This document shows positions 13,461-28,200 of a stretch of DNA of 64,000 nt, one piece after another. Origin of the DNA: Takakia lepidozioides (taxonomy: Eukaryota; Plantae; Bryophyta). The number at the start of each line of letters is the position of its first letter. Position 1 is the first letter of the stretch. The stretch lies in contig CM060733.1 of the NCBI GenBank assembly GCA_030704615.1, forward strand, positions 52,514,001-52,578,000. The letters run 5' to 3'. A model generated the notes under the pieces. That model did not search any database. It was not told the origin of the DNA and saw only the letters and a program-made list of their open reading frames with translations. Made by a program: the position numbers and the translations under genes.

Positions 13461-13759
13461 AAGAAGTAAAATCTGCTGATAGTTCTTTGCTACGCCAGTA
13501 GATCTCTTATAGCAGCTAGTCAGTTGCTAATACAGCTCCAGTCAAGTTCTATCATCATATCGACGTAACTACATCCCATTCCCGCACCTTCCCACTTTCC
13601 CACTACCTGGTCAATGGTCATTGGTACAAATCTTTGACAGGAAATTTTGTAAGTTTATCATATATTATTTACTACGAACTTTAAATAGTCACGTATTTCA
13701 ATCGTTATAATTTTTAATGTCAACCTTTGTTGATTTCACCAGTGCTCAAAGATCAAACG

Positions 13760-16597
13760 TTATAATCTTCGGGATGCAACGGTGGAATCCAACTTTTTAT
13801 TTTTGTGTTGGATGCCAGCCAAGGCAGAATTTGGGTCCGGATCCAAACCTGCGCTGGAAAGTACTGGTTCCGACGTCACAAGAGCTGTGGACTTGAACCT
13901 GCCACTGGGTGTCATCGTCCTTGGAGAGTTAGGCTCGGTGCTAATATGGAGCATGTCATCAAAAAATTTGGGTCGCGGCATTGGATACTTGATGGCGATG
14001 TGGCCTTGCAGCATATTCACAACCATCGCCATCGTAGGCCTTCTCTCAGGGTTGTCATTGATGCACCAGAAGGCCACTAGCAACGCCCTTTTGACCTCCT
14101 TGACGTCCACAATTCCGCACAGCAACGGATCGACAACCTCGAGGAATGCTCCAATTCCTATCTTGGCAAAAGCCCACAAAGGGTAGTACCAGTCGGGCTG
14201 CACGTCGGTCTCATCCTCGTCTATCCAAGAGATTTTTAGGTTGCGCCGGCCACTGACTATCTCAAGCAACACCATACCGTAGCTAGACGTCAATTTTTGG
14301 CGGTGATGGGCGTGTGGTTGGAGATCCACTCGGGAGCCAAGTAGCCGGAGGTGCCATGAATGTGCATCGTCATTGTGCACGTCTGCTCCCGATTCAGGAT
14401 CCGTGAAAGCCCAAAGTCCGCCACTTTGGCAGACATCGTGGAGTCGAGTAGAATGTTCTCTGGCTTAATATCGTAGTGGATGATGCGCTGGTCTCGCACG
14501 TCCTCGTGTAGGTATGCCAGGCCCCGCGTTGTTTGGATGGCAATCTTCTAGCGGGACCTCCACTCCAGGATAGGCGCATCTGACTTTCGATCCTTACTGA
14601 AGATGATTTTGTCAAGGGAGCTGTTCTCCACGTACTCGTACACTAACAACTTGTGATCAGCTTCCTCGCAGAAGCCGTGGAGTTGCACCAAATTGACGTG
14701 ATGAATGCGTCCAATCGTGTCGACCTCGTTCACAAATCCTTTCTCTCCGGCACCCAACTTCTCCAGTTGTTTCATGGCCACAACGGCCAGCTTTCCGATA
14801 CTCCCCTTGAACACGGACCCATAGCCCCCTTTCCCAATCTCCTCCGCAAAGTCTCGGGTGGCCAGTCGAATCTCATCATACGTGAAATTTAGAGTCGTGC
14901 CTCTTGACGCAATCCACTTCTTCTCCAGCCTTTTGATTCGAAGGCTTCTTAATTGTTGAACGACAAAAAAACACCCTAAAGTCCACAACATCACGCTGAG
15001 GAAAAGAAGCGTTGTGCCCGGTAAGATGAGTGCTATCAGTAGTTTCAGTTCAAGAGAGAGGCCCCCACAGGTCTGGATCTAAACGGCCATTTTGGCCACT
15101 TTGAGGTAGGTCGTTGCGGAGTCGTTCTCAAAACCGCTGAAAATAACATCCATCATGAGCCAACACGTGTAATACCCGTCATTTTGTGGTGCGGTTACAC
15201 AAGCTTTACAAGCATATAAGTTCAAGCACATTTGAGTGTAAAAACTCAAACTTACATTCCCTAAAGGAGCCGATTGGAATTTACCAAAAAGATAGTCGGT
15301 TTTATCTATCCCAATCATGTTGTCGACGGTAGTAGCATCGTTGTTGCAGAGCGTGGTAATGGCCGTCGTCCATGAGCACCCTTGAGATGGACAATTAGCA
15401 TTAACATATTGAAATCCCTCGGGACAGAAGCATTGATTAGAGCGGCAAATTCCATAGGGACCACAAGCAGCCCACACGGAACAGATGTCTGAAAGAGCTT
15501 GCCATTCTACCCTCCATTCTTTCGAGCTCCCATTAATAACCCAACTATAGATGCGTAAGATTCCGTCCGAGTCAAACGTTACTCGGCGCAAACGACCTGT
15601 CAAACCTTTGTCATTGCTATTTCCAATCACACTCGAGCTATTTCCGAACAAATTGGTTGCTAGAAACTGACCCTCTGTGGTCAAAACGACGTATGAGGAG
15701 CCTTTCGGGGAGGTATAGTTCCAGTAAATGTGAAGCAATGAACTATAATACCCTATAGCCGGAGACTGCCAATAAGCCCCGAGCCAGTCAGGCCACAAAG
15801 CAAGGTAGAATCTAGTTTGTGTCCAGCTGTCACGTTTCTGCCATGCGAACGTGGACATATTGGCAATATATTGTTGGGGCAAGAGAGCCATGCTCACATT
15901 GAACTGCAAAGTGCACAAGTTTCATCATGATCAGTGTGTTAGTTACCCTCAAACTACTTGAAAAACTAGACGATAGCATACATGTATATTTACCGACAAC
16001 AACTTGATATATGTAGTTCCTATGAGAGCGTGACCGGTCTAGACTCTCCCCTTATGATTTGGACAACAACAATTTACAATTATCATGTCCAGACTTGGAT
16101 ATGATCATTTGTGTAGCACTCTGACGTCATCATAAGTTCATTAGACAACTTGACCATGTATAATTTAGTACGTGTCTGCAGCAACTAAGTACTTACTTCG
16201 ATCACATGCATTTTGACTTACATCTGTTGTGTATGAAGTCCACAGAGGTTGCGCAGACAAGTCGCCATCGTAGTACACCTCAAGGTCTCCTCCAGCAGTC
16301 AACCACAGGGTGGCATTACTGCTCAAGTTCATGGATCTGTCTGCCATCCACACCACTGTATTCTCAGGAGATGTCTGGGCATACCATATAGCGAGCGTGA
16401 ACTGGGGACGTCACATTCGGTTGCATCCAAAATCCCATCTCAAAAAATCCACCAGGTGACAACAAAGCCTGATTCATGTTTGCAAGCAGTTTGGAGTTCA
16501 ACGTCATGTTGCTCGCGGGTGACAACTGACATGTTGTGCAGCGGATCATGCACAACATTAAAAAGAGCACCAACTCGAACTGAGAATGACGATTCAT
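13760..16597 (-). pseudogene. G-type lectin S-domain receptor-like kinase pseudogene (B-lectin, S-locus/EGF, PAN, TM, Ser/Thr kinase)
   Basis: Signal peptide and SPGGFFEMGFW, VVWMADR, GRLRRVTFDSDGILRIY, CGPYGIC, a TM segment, IGKGGYGSVFKG, HYDIKPENILL, DFG, GYLAPEW. Frameshifts at ~16405 and ~14292; in-frame TAG stops at 15079 and 14548; one intron (GTAAGT donor ~16221). Confidence 0.9.
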
Positions 16598-19500
16598 GGA
16601 TTTTGCACTTCTAATGAATATGCCCACAACTGGGCACTCTGAATCCATTGTCCTCGTTGTTGTCAACAGTGTCATACTGCAATTAACATGGTGCTGTATA
16701 CCTGGGATATGTCTTGGTGATTCAACTCTACTGCTACTACTAGTACTGTATCCAATGTCATTTCCCTCTGCCTCATAACATGAACCAAGTTCCATTATCT
16801 CAAAAGTCGACTATACAAATCACTCGTGAAGCACATCTATTTATTGAGAATATATGTACAGTTTCCTTCACCAGATTTAGAGCTGGAAAGCTGATCTCAT
16901 GAGGTTAAGCTGGTCCGCTGACCACCATGGCCGTAAGCCTCTTAAAATTTACTATCAAAGACGACGTCAGTGGAAAAACAACTTGTAAATCATCATTGTT
17001 GCGTAAGCTAGAAGGCATCACGTAAATACGGAAGGAGACAGATACTCCACTGCTTCTGGCCGAGACATGAAGGAAAGACAAGAATGGAATAGTTTTTCAA
17101 GGTCCAAATAAGAAATTTACGTTTCCAACTAGAGTGTGAACCCTCCTTACAGTGAACCACGAGGGTAGGCGGTCTTCGAACAGAGTTGATGAAGATACAG
17201 ATTGAGCATGGCCACCATCGAGCAAGAGAAATCTACACATAATAACAAAGACAATGACGATAGAGCCTAGCCATGTTATTAATCTCCGAATTGGACGCTG
17301 CATGCACCTATCTGTTGCCTGCACAAGGACCAGCTATCACTTCCCGAGGACTGATTACAATGACAAGCTTTGTACAGTCTGCTTCCTCCACGACCTATCA
17401 ACCTCCTGAAGTTGGTGACCTCCAGCTCATGACACTAGATTCACCTCTGGAATCTGCGGAAATTGTCCACATCACGCACTCAGCCCGCGAAATGAAATCA
17501 TTCACGGGAGGTTACCACCACAGGAACGGCTTCGGTTCTGAAGGTGCTTTACGAGGTATCTTGCAAGTGAACCATGTTTAGCGATCTGTTGAGCCTAAAG
17601 AGCACTAAAGAGCACTGATAATGAATGCTCTCAGCACTGATTATAGGCGCCTTTATTGAGGCAGCAAGCCGGCTACCGGCAATGGCTGGGTTGCTCCTGC
17701 GAGCCTTCGTGGGTGGCGGGCCGCCTTGCTGCCCTCGCCCTCTGTAGCCCTCCCTCGCCACGCGCCCTAGCAAGGGTTTGACCCGGCCAACCGACACAGC
17801 CCTAAGTTATTTTATTTTATTTTATTTAAAGAACAGGGGATTATCCCTGATATATTTATTGGCTCCTCCCTATAAGAGAGAGACCACGCATTGGTGCCAA
17901 AATTGAGAAGGATCCTCATATACCTCCACTAGATAATACCTACATGAAGCACATAATCCTCCCCCACTCAAATGTCAGCTTGAATGTACCTTGATTCGAT
18001 AAGACCCATAAATGAATCTTGTGGGGAAGGTAGGAAGGCTCCGAGGTTCTTCCAATGCGAAAAATACAGAAGCCTCAACATTTCCCCAAAACGCCCACAC
18101 ACCCCCATGGATTATGTAACTAATAACAAGTAACCCTAGCCCCGATCTAGTCTCTCTACTTACCTGCGTCTATCGCAGGACTGCAGCCTAGACAACAGAC
18201 TACTCCTGCCCTGCTACTCTATCAACTTTGCAAATCGGCAATATCCGCCAGGATGAGTGGTGATCTTCCACACCGTGGTCCCTTCCCACAGAAGAATCTC
18301 ACGGTTTAACGCATAGTTGCACTTGCGTTGTTGTGACCCATTTTCATCACTGCTGTTTATGCTGTGAGGCCAACATATCACGGCGTTATCAAGCTCCTTG
18401 CTGCAGAGAGGGCATCTGCATGATTTTTAGCTACAAGATCGGCACTGAGCAACACTCCGTATGTTCAGTACGAGCAGGGAAGGTCCTTGAGGTATAGTGC
18501 CTACTACCTAACCTCTTCGGGCTTTTCTTCCACCATAACATTGTGAGTGGGAAGTATAAGTACATGAAACTACTACTACCTAATTATGATTGTGAAAATT
18601 TCTAATGAAAAGGAAAATGAGTTCAGTGTTGAGAGAGAAGTGATCTGGTGAGCAAGCTCACCTTCTAAGCCCTATATATTAGAAATACTAAAAAAAATTG
18701 GATGGTCTATCCCAGATCCTCGGATGAAGAAAGATTTCAACACTTCTTGGTTGGTAGGTGTCATATTTCATCTAACCAGCTGTCCTATGGTGCTCTTAGA
18801 TGTTTTAGGCCCAAAAATCCACTCCATTTGAATTCTTGTGGCCACTAACGCCCGAAAGCTCCAAAAATAGTGGATTGTTGCAAATCTCTTTCAAAATTCT
18901 TGAAACTTGGCCACACATTTCCTTGGGGTATACTTGAAATCCCCACAAAACTTCAGCTCCATTGGGTTCCACCATCAACCATGGAAAATCACCAAGCCGC
19001 AAATTCACGTGAAAACAAATTTTCAACGTGTAACATGTTTCTTGGTTGTGGACAAGTCAAGGCTTGGGGCTGAAACTCCTTCCACATCATCTTGCACCAC
19101 ATTTAGACACACACAAAAAAGCCCAATGGGTAGTTTGTCGTTGAGGTCAAGCTTTCCTGTCTTACCTTCGTTGATAGCGATCGGATGTTGAGGTGAGGAA
19201 CAGGTAGGCCGTTGCCTGCAATTGCATAATATGTCCCTACATGTTTGAATTCAAAGACTGGAATCGCACGCCTTCAACTGTTGCTTCTTACAGGTACCCT
19301 AGTCGTATAAACGCCTGAGCGCTTTGGCTTCATGGACGTCACAGACCCTTCCATTTGTGGGCCATACCAATAGCTATGTCGATGTTTCGCCTTTTCTGTA
19401 ACAAATGGTCCTGATTCTGCACTGTCGACGTATAATTCGGCTCTCTTGACCTCAAAAACACTCAAAAAACAATCCACGTGATAATTTATGTACCTCCATA

Positions 19501-19669
19501 TAGCTCAAGTCTCAAGACAATGCGGTGGTACAACACACACATGGTGTGAACATTGCTTAGTCTATGTACTCCATGAGAAGCGCACATAAGATTCAAAATA
19601 ATAGATCTAACGTGGATTAGATGTGGACATATAATTATTTTACTGTCACGTCATAGTACATATGTAACA

Positions 19670-19868
19670 GGCCTTGGATCAGGCTATCATTGATGCTCCA
19701 GAAGGCCAATAGAAACGTCCTTTCGACCTCCTTGTCGTCCATGCTCCTGCCCAGCAACGGATCGACGACCTTGAGGAATGCTCCAATTTCAATCTTGGCA
19801 ACAACCCACAAAACGGAATACCACTCGGGCTGCATCTCGATCTTATCCTTGTCTATCCAAGAGATTCT
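19670..19868 (-). pseudogene. Partial duplicate of the receptor-kinase C-lobe
   Basis: ISWIDKDKIEMQPEWYSVLWVVAKIEIGAFLKVVDPLL...AFWSIND aligns with ISWIDEDETDVQPDWYYPLWAFAKIGIGAFLEVVDPLL...AFWCIND at ~14050-14235. Confidence 0.8.
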
Positions 19869-20328
19869 CGGAGGTCTAAATACACAAAGTGCTCAATGCA
19901 AGTTGGATGAATGACTTCAGGTAGCATTAAGGTGATAATGTGACAATGAGCTGGCAGGAGTGTGGCCAAATCCATGGCATTCAATCAAAACTGGTTGATG
20001 GGCAGATGAAATTGACTGAGTAATGGATGAAATAAAGGGCAGACCAAATCGCAGGAGTTGGAAGCGCCTTCATGAATATGAGGTCCACACGGGAGGGGCT
20101 TTGTGTTGCTTGACGAGGTGCGAGATGTTGTAGAGGCAGCAGATTGTGGGCGCAGGATGTGTGACTGGGAAGGGGCATCCATCGTGGAATTTCGGGGCCC
20201 TGCTCCTTTCCACCAGCACATGATGTTGCAGAAGCCATTCCACTTGTTGTGGACCTAGGGCATTTCTGCACCAGAGATTGCGAATGTTGCTGCACAGACG
20301 AATCATAGATCTCCATTCAAAAATACGG

Positions 20329-20910
20329 CACTAGTAGGAATCGGCAAACGAACGTCTCAATTAACGACTGGAAACCCAATCGTTTTAGTCAAAAAACGAC
20401 TAGACGACTACGAGTGCGAACAGACTAGTTGGTTCAGATAGCCCAGTCTCTTTGGTCATTACGTGGTGGGAGTCTTTCCAGGCAGTCGTTCCGCCGATTG
20501 CGGGGTAACTTTTAAGGTGTGGCCATGTAGCGCCGCCGTGCGAGACGTAGACTGAATCTTGGACCTTGACCACAGTGGGCTTTTGACCGGGGGGGTACGT
20601 CTTCGCCACAGTCTTCACTGCTGACATACAGCCATGTGGCTACACAAGAAGAAACCTTATTTTTTCCCACTACACTGTTTTACGACTCATGTCTGGTATG
20701 AATCTACAAGTGACTACCTTACGACTGTAGTTGCTATTTAAGTAAGAACCGACAATTTGTGTCAGGTGTCATTGGAGTGGCAAAACTAGTTGTATCCATG
20801 ACTTCATAAACGACTCATGATTATATATCAAGTATTTATCTAAAATAAAGTATATAGATATTATGACATGGCACTTCAAGTCATTGAAATTACTGTGCTT
20901 ACGACTACAA
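20329..20910 (+). mobile_element. CACTA (En/Spm)-like left end with subterminal repeats
   Basis: Begins CACTAGTAGGAA and is followed by repeated (a/t)ACGACT motifs; no matching right end or TSD found. Confidence 0.5.
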
Positions 20911-22204
20911 TTTGACGTGGTATTTGAATTTTTTATATATACACCTTACATAACCCCAAACAGTGCTCGATACCGGCTTCGTCCTGATCGCTGGATGTTC
21001 TTCGCGTAGCAAAATCCCAGTCAGCCACTATCGTTGGACAAAACCTGTTTAGGGTTTTTAGTAGGAGACCAAGACTCCTTGGAAGCTCCTTGGAAGCTCC
21101 TTGAACTGAATTCACACACAAAAACTTAATTGTCCTACTGGGAAAAAGAATATACTGTAGGCAGTTTGCAACTTGCGATACTGTAGTGTTTGTTTTGCTT
21201 TGGTGAACTATCACATAGGGGAACCCATGCTTGATCCTGTCAATAGCATGTTCGAGCGTGAAATGAAATCATGACCAAGAGCATGTGTGTTCCACGCCTC
21301 CAACGTCTTTTTTGAAACTGCATTGGAGCAACATGAATTTAATTGATACTTGGTAAATTGCGAGACTGTTGTCAACCGTGTCGTTGAAATTATAGTAATA
21401 ACTTCACATACAACTCCATAAATGTGGATTAATAAGGCACAATTATATTATATTATGACGTGTATACTAGTGTCTATTACTCAAGTGCCTACAATCACGA
21501 GGGAAGCTAGCGCGTGAGCGCGCTCATGCTTAGCGGACTAAGCGTGAGCAGACTTTGTTAAGCGTGAGCACATTTCCTAAGTGTGAGCACATTTCTTAAG
21601 CGTGAGCATAGAATGAAAGCGGATCCTATAGCCGTGGGAAAAGCAGAAGCTATTGCCGTGGGGACAACGTTTATGGTTTATGGGGGCAACATACGCAAGA
21701 CATGAATGGAAATTTGAGAGTAATGCGAGACGAAATCCGTACGGATGAATGGGTTTGTGGAATGGATGAATGTTGGATGAATGTTGGATGGTTATGGGAT
21801 GAATGTAAGATGAATGAGGGACGTCAAAATACGGATGAATATACAATGGATGAGACCAATGACATCTTGGTTGAAAGAACTCAAACGATTTTCGACGGTC
21901 ACGTACCTTGTGTTCGAAACAGTATACATGTCGTATAAACAATGCCAGTAGTGAAGGTCCATGTAAGACTGGGGTATATTTAGAACGCACGGTCGAAATT
22001 GGAAAGTGTACAAAGTCTAGAAAGTGTACAAAGCATTGCCATTCATTTGATCTTGACGTGGGGTAGGAGATGGCTTCTGAGTCAAGAAAGTGCTGCCATC
22101 AAACAGCCTGAAGCTTTTTCCATACAAAGGCGCGACTTTGTCATCTGTCACCGGACGTCACTGAAAAGCAGCCCATGCTTTGCAAGGTCATGCTCGAGAA
22201 TATC

Positions 22205-25200
22205 TCAAAGTCGTGCAGTACTATCTCGCTCAAGTAGTGTCATAACATCAGCAGGCCCTATCGTACATTGGTGAATGTATGTGTCTCTTTTTGGATCACA
22301 AAACATCCTCTAAATGTACATGTAGTACAATTGTTTGCATGGCATGTAGTGTGAATGCAGGGGAGTGACATTGAAAATTTTGTTACTTGCTCAGATTCTT
22401 CATTTCCACAAGAAAGGGCCCTGGTACCAATGTGAAAATAGGTTGAGTTGTCGCTACAATTTATTCCATACATGTTTCTAGGTTATATCATGGGAACGAT
22501 GGGGAACTCTTGGCCAGGATGAAAGTGGCTAAGTCGTAAACATGCGTATTTTCATCCGGACAATGAATGGATTACATCCATGCTTACTGGATGACTCCCA
22601 GGAACGAGGACGAAGGATCCTGTGCCAAGAATGCAATGAATTTGTGATTAACTCTGTTAATGAAACCTAGCACGTTTTTCGTTTGTGAAAGTGGATGACT
22701 TTCATCACTGGCGGTTACCCTAGAAACGTGGGACGAGGAAGACGAAGGGGTAGATGACGGGGGCTGTGAGCAGATGCTGCGAACAGTGGAATTAGCAGGG
22801 CATTGTGTCAAGGGCGATTGCATCTACGCTGGGGCATCTGGCTTGCATTAAGGGAAGTGTTAATGTAGAGGATAAGGGCACAGCTTGGTAATCTGTGCAG
22901 CAGGGAAAGCGGTGCCGCCATCTTCTTGGTAATGATCGATTTCTGGAGGATATGCTTACAGGGAGATCGGCGTGGCATGCGATGGAGCAATCAGTGAACA
23001 GGCGGTGCCATCACTGCTATGGTGAATGGGTAGCTTAGGGCTTGCTGGAGGATGATCGTGTAGGGAACAACTAGGTAATTTGTGCTCAAGCCAGGTGAAG
23101 GGAGGTGGTGCAGTAATCGTTTCATAGCTTTGAAGAAAGGGAGTGCTGCAGGACGATTCATGAAGGGCAAGGGAAGTAATATCATGTGCTACTGACAGAA
23201 GTAATGAAGGTATAGAGGCGGTGCTGCCTGTGATTTGACCTCTGAAGGTGTAGGAGTTGCGGGGAAAGCAGCTCGGTGGAGGGGCGGAAGTGCCGTCGTT
23301 ACTCTCATGACCACGATGACAGGGAGGATGAACTTGCAAGGGAAACGGCCTGCTGCCAGGGAATAGGAAGGTGGGGTTGCTGGCACAATCAAAGGCTAGT
23401 TAAGGTGAAGGAGCAGCTCAACATGACGAGCATCTGCCAGAGGTAGGGTGTGCAAACTGATACTGCCACCATTGCATTCATGTGCGATTATTGAAAGCTG
23501 CACTTGTGGGAGAAGCAATTGCTGCCAGATGACGGGCAGCGATGGGATTACTGACTTGGCCACATGTTGACTGGTGCAATCGCCAGAATGAGGGCATTGG
23601 CTTGTGGACAGTGAATCAGGTTATTTGTAAATAAGGAGGCAAAGAGTGAAATGTACAGAGCAAGAAGCTTTCAGATGATGACTGTCTTCTTGTTATCATA
23701 TCAGATCTTAGGGTAGATTAGCAGAGATGGTGGGATAGGGTAGTTAGTTGGCAAGCGATAGGGTTACTGCCATGGGCTGAAGCACAGCCATCATGACTCA
23801 CTGAACGCTTGAATCGACAAATATCTGAAAGGTGGAGTGGCAGAGCGATGACAGGATCTGACATGCATAGATCTTTGTTTTTACAACGTGGCATTCAGAC
23901 GACAAGAGGAGTTAGGGTAGCTGCTGACAGAGATGGTGAGGTGCCATTTCGGGCAGGCAATCCCACCGCTTCACCTGGGGTATAAGACAGCTAAGTTCGT
24001 AGATGCATGGCTCTTTTCTCAGACTTAGGAATAGAGGCTTCTTCTTCTTCCACTTAGGAATATTTGCTATGGAATTTTGGTAGAGACACTCTCAATGGAA
24101 ATGAGAGAGACAGAAAAAGATTTTGGAAAATGGAATGGAGACTTCTGGAATTCATACCAGTCCTGGTGGTAGAGAGAAAGTGAGGCAGGGTGGAAGTTAT
24201 GTGGAGTGCTGCAAGAAGTTGGGAAGTCAGTTCTTAACATAAGATGTTTCCTGTTTTGGGAGGATGTGAATGAGGGAGAGTAAAGAAGAAGTGCCCATGA
24301 CTTACAATGAGGGCAGCATGCATATAATTAGGTTAGGCAGTAGCATTTTCAGAGAGAATGAATCAGGTGGAAGTAAACCTGTTGGCTGCTGATTACATGA
24401 TATACTTAGAAGCATGCAGGGGCTAAGGCCTGCAACAGAGAAGATCACTTGAGGGTGATTATTGGTAGCCCATTTGTATCTGCAAGAAAGGATTGAGAGG
24501 GTTGAAAGTGTCATATGTCCTTGATGCAAAGGGATGGGGAAAAGAGATCTTGAAAGAGGAATGGTGGATCATCAAAGTGAGGCTATGTGTGTGGAAAACC
24601 CGGAGCTGGTTGTAGTTGAACCAGTGACCACAAAACTTGATGTGTATTTCATGGAACTGGCCTGCCAGTATGATCAAGTGATTGCCCTTCATGGGTGCTG
24701 GCTAACCTGATTTTGTGATAATGTATGTGTTGAAACATTTAGGAAACAGAACCCTGGCATATGAAATACCTTGTTTATAAATGAGCAAAGTTATAAATTA
24801 GAGAAACTTCTCAACCCCTATCCATGTCTTCTCTTCCGCTACGGCGTGGATGAGGGTACCCAATCTCTGATCATGAATAGAGTAGAAGTAATTACCTGTG
24901 GTGTGAGTCATAGGGCAGTAAGTGTATATTTGGGTAAGAAACAATTTAGGAGTTAACTAGAAGGGGATTTATGCCCCCTTCTTTTCACACTACAGGCACA
25001 AATTTACCTCTCTTTCCTAGAGAACTTGAGATTGTGTTTTTGAAGTCTGGGCAAGTGCAAATCTGGGAAATTGGAAACTGTTACCTCGTACGCCCTATTG
25101 TGAAGAACAGATCCCATCGTCACCATACTATACACCCGTCCGTAGCCTGGTGGGGGAACATCAACAACGTGGGTGATCCGACACTGAAGGGTTTTCGCTG

Positions 25201-28200
25201 ATTCAATCTTGCACTCGTGCTCTGCACCTGCCTCAACCCGCCGGACCACCTTTCCGTTTCTTTTCGTAGGCCAGTCGTTGCCAAGTGGAGGGCGTGCATG
25301 AAATGGGGAAGGGAAATCATGCGAAGAATTAACCGTCATGACAGTTGGTCCTCTTGGGAGCCAAAATCTTGCATCTTGCATCATGTCAATTATGTAGATA
25401 GTGTAGTTCCTATCTTAACTGGCCAAACATTTGGGATTTGAGGTTTGCTTATCACCGAATCACGGACAGTTCCCCTCACGCAACGTTTCATGTCATCAGG
25501 ACAAAACCAGAACTTGTGAGGCCTGACCTCCCGCGCACTATAATGCTTGAACAACCCTGTGAAAGTTGGGGCTGGAGTCCCTGCTGGGGCTCTACAAATC
25601 ATAGATGTGCACTTCACAAAGGACCTTGCCCTGATAGCGGAACATTTCATCTTTGAGCCTTGCGTAGTTCGTTCTATGTGCCACAGCGCGTCTGCACAAT
25701 CAGACTCCTGGATGGGCAGCATGTTCGCCCCTTCTTCCCGTGTAGTTGTAGTTGTCGACTCCGTGAACTCTGTCGAGGATGATTCACCCACAAATGATGT
25801 TGTGTGCACGAAAGTGGGTGGCACGCACACGTGGCACCGAAAAGTTATCCCTATCATGTCGATGCGAATCCCCGTCCGATCCCGGAGGGGTGTCCAGTTT
25901 GCGCTTGCATGAACCGAATCTCTCCTCACCTTCCAGATGAGGATGTCTGGATTGCAAAGGTGTTCCCATTGTGCATTCGTTTACAACCTTTGCCATTCTA
26001 ACAGGATTCTTGCATCTGTTTGCAGCCCTCAACTGCAACTCCGCCCTGTCTGGCCCCTTACCAGAACCGCTTCCACGAAAGAAATCCCGGTACCGTGTTT
26101 GTTGCGAAAGCGCTCGGACCATGTCATCCGAAGTGGCAACATACAGGTCCTGTCCGTTCTTGCCGGATTGCGCATTCCACACACTATGCACAGTCTCGGA
26201 TAGATTACAAGAAGGCATATCCGCTATGTCCTCATATTCTGCACACAATATTCTTTCCATTTATTATTGTACTTCAAAAGCTAATATCATTGAAGAAAAG
26301 ATACGTCGACAGGGGTAACACCGCAAATTGAACTCTTGCAAGCATTGGAAATTTAGAAGGGACCTCATGCTGCATTGGAGGAGTACCACCATGCCCTTAT
26401 AGTTTGGTATAAGGAGTTTGCTTCGATCTCGCTTGTCGCATCTTTATACAGCCGGCAGAGTCTCATGTGTTCCTCCTACAACTCTGGTTTTATGCAATTC
26501 TTAGTGTGCCTTCGGAGAAACTGAGTCCAATGCAACAGGCAAGTGCGCTCCCTGCCCACCATGGGTATTTTCGGATCACCACTTCCAAGACCGGACTGCA
26601 TTCCAATTTGCCTGCGTGCTATCGGCCATAAACCCATGAAAATTTGGATCTGAGACACCATGATTCCTCATGACTTTCACAAGGGACTTCCACATCAGGA
26701 TTTGAGACTCAGTGTCTTCGGATTGCATGTCTCGCACTACAATTGTCATAACCCTTTGGTAAGAAGGATCGTACACATGGGCAGCCATGGTTGTCCAGCC
26801 CTTCACACGTTTCACATGATCAAACATGAGCCAGGATTTCTGGAGATCGCCACCGGGCTGCATTCTGCGGACCAAGCTAACTCCCGCAACTGTGGACATC
26901 TTGAACAAGAACACTTTCAACGACCCCTGACCAGGGAAAACATTGTCTTGAATGAAGTCGTACATGCTTCTCCGCTTCAATTCTAGGATGCTATCCACGT
27001 AACCTGCGCTCCATGTTCCCATTCTGAGTGCGTTGATCTGGTTGTGTACATTTGGTGAACTAAGGGTCGAGAAATAGTCCATAACCACGTCCAGTTTTTC
27101 TCTGTCCAGTTCTCGATGTTCTCTTCCGCTCCTCCTAGAATGTGTTTTTGTAAGAAGCTTTTGCTTGCAAAAAGTGCAATTGCAGATGGCGGTGCATAAG
27201 GAGCATTCTCCACCTTGTGCCGTAGATGTCCCCGAATTGTTTCAAGACTTTCTCGACAATCCCCTTTCGATACGGGGTGGGTATGATTACCGAGATGAAC
27301 ACAAGCTCGAATAAGGCCGCGAAAACGATGGAGCACATAGTACATGTGGGCCTTGCATGTGCCAATGCATGTTGGAGCCGTTTTGCAATATTTGCAGAGC
27401 AACGTCGTGTTTTTAGGAGGTGGGCACCCAACCTTGAATGGGTTATCCGCGCAAAGTCCCTCTCACTCCGTCTCGTTTGGGGAGCCTCTCAATGCCAAAC
27501 AGTTGCAGACTTCATTTCCACAACGTAGGTGCCCAACACAGACTGATCTACGGAAAGACAAGCCATGAGGGTTATGTATATTGGTTGTTTTAGTTCGACA
27601 CCAAGGGTGTCCGTCGTGCTTCTTGTCCATCCCTTGCATGAGTCCCCCAAACCTCCACAGGACGTCGGAGGTGGCAGCTCAAAAACCACATCTCCATCAA
27701 ATTCTACGGGAAGGTATTTTGCTCTAACAATATTTATTGTCCCCCATGCAATTCCACGCACGTCACTTCTGCAATTTGGCAAGCATTTCATAGACTGCAA
27801 CTTTGGAACAACACTGCCTATCTCCTACAAATCTGGTTCTTCGACAGAAGATAGATGTGTTGGAGGTGGTGGAATCTTAGAGATGTCTTCGTCACCGGAG
27901 CTTTCCGAGAGATCGACAAAAGCCATCGATGTACTGGTGTCCTTTTTTTTTATTGTAGCAAGAGTGAAGGCCGGAGCCACCGAAGCGGCAGTTCCTGGTG
28001 TGAGTGTAGAACCTGCAGACAAACGTCGCTGATCCCCGTGCACGCGGTAAGTGCCTGCTGGAACTCTCCATTGTCTGATACGGTCATCGCACACAAATGG
28101 CTCCAGAATCATCATACTGTCGACCCTACCGGTGAAGTCGTGCACTTCTTTCTCCATATGCACAGTTCCAACTTGCAGATCCAAGCTTCTACAGAGGACA

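Noticed and set aside
21465-21472. TACTAGTG as the right TIR of the CACTA end at 20329
   Set aside because: Only 8 bp match and the 3-bp flanks differ (cgg versus tct).
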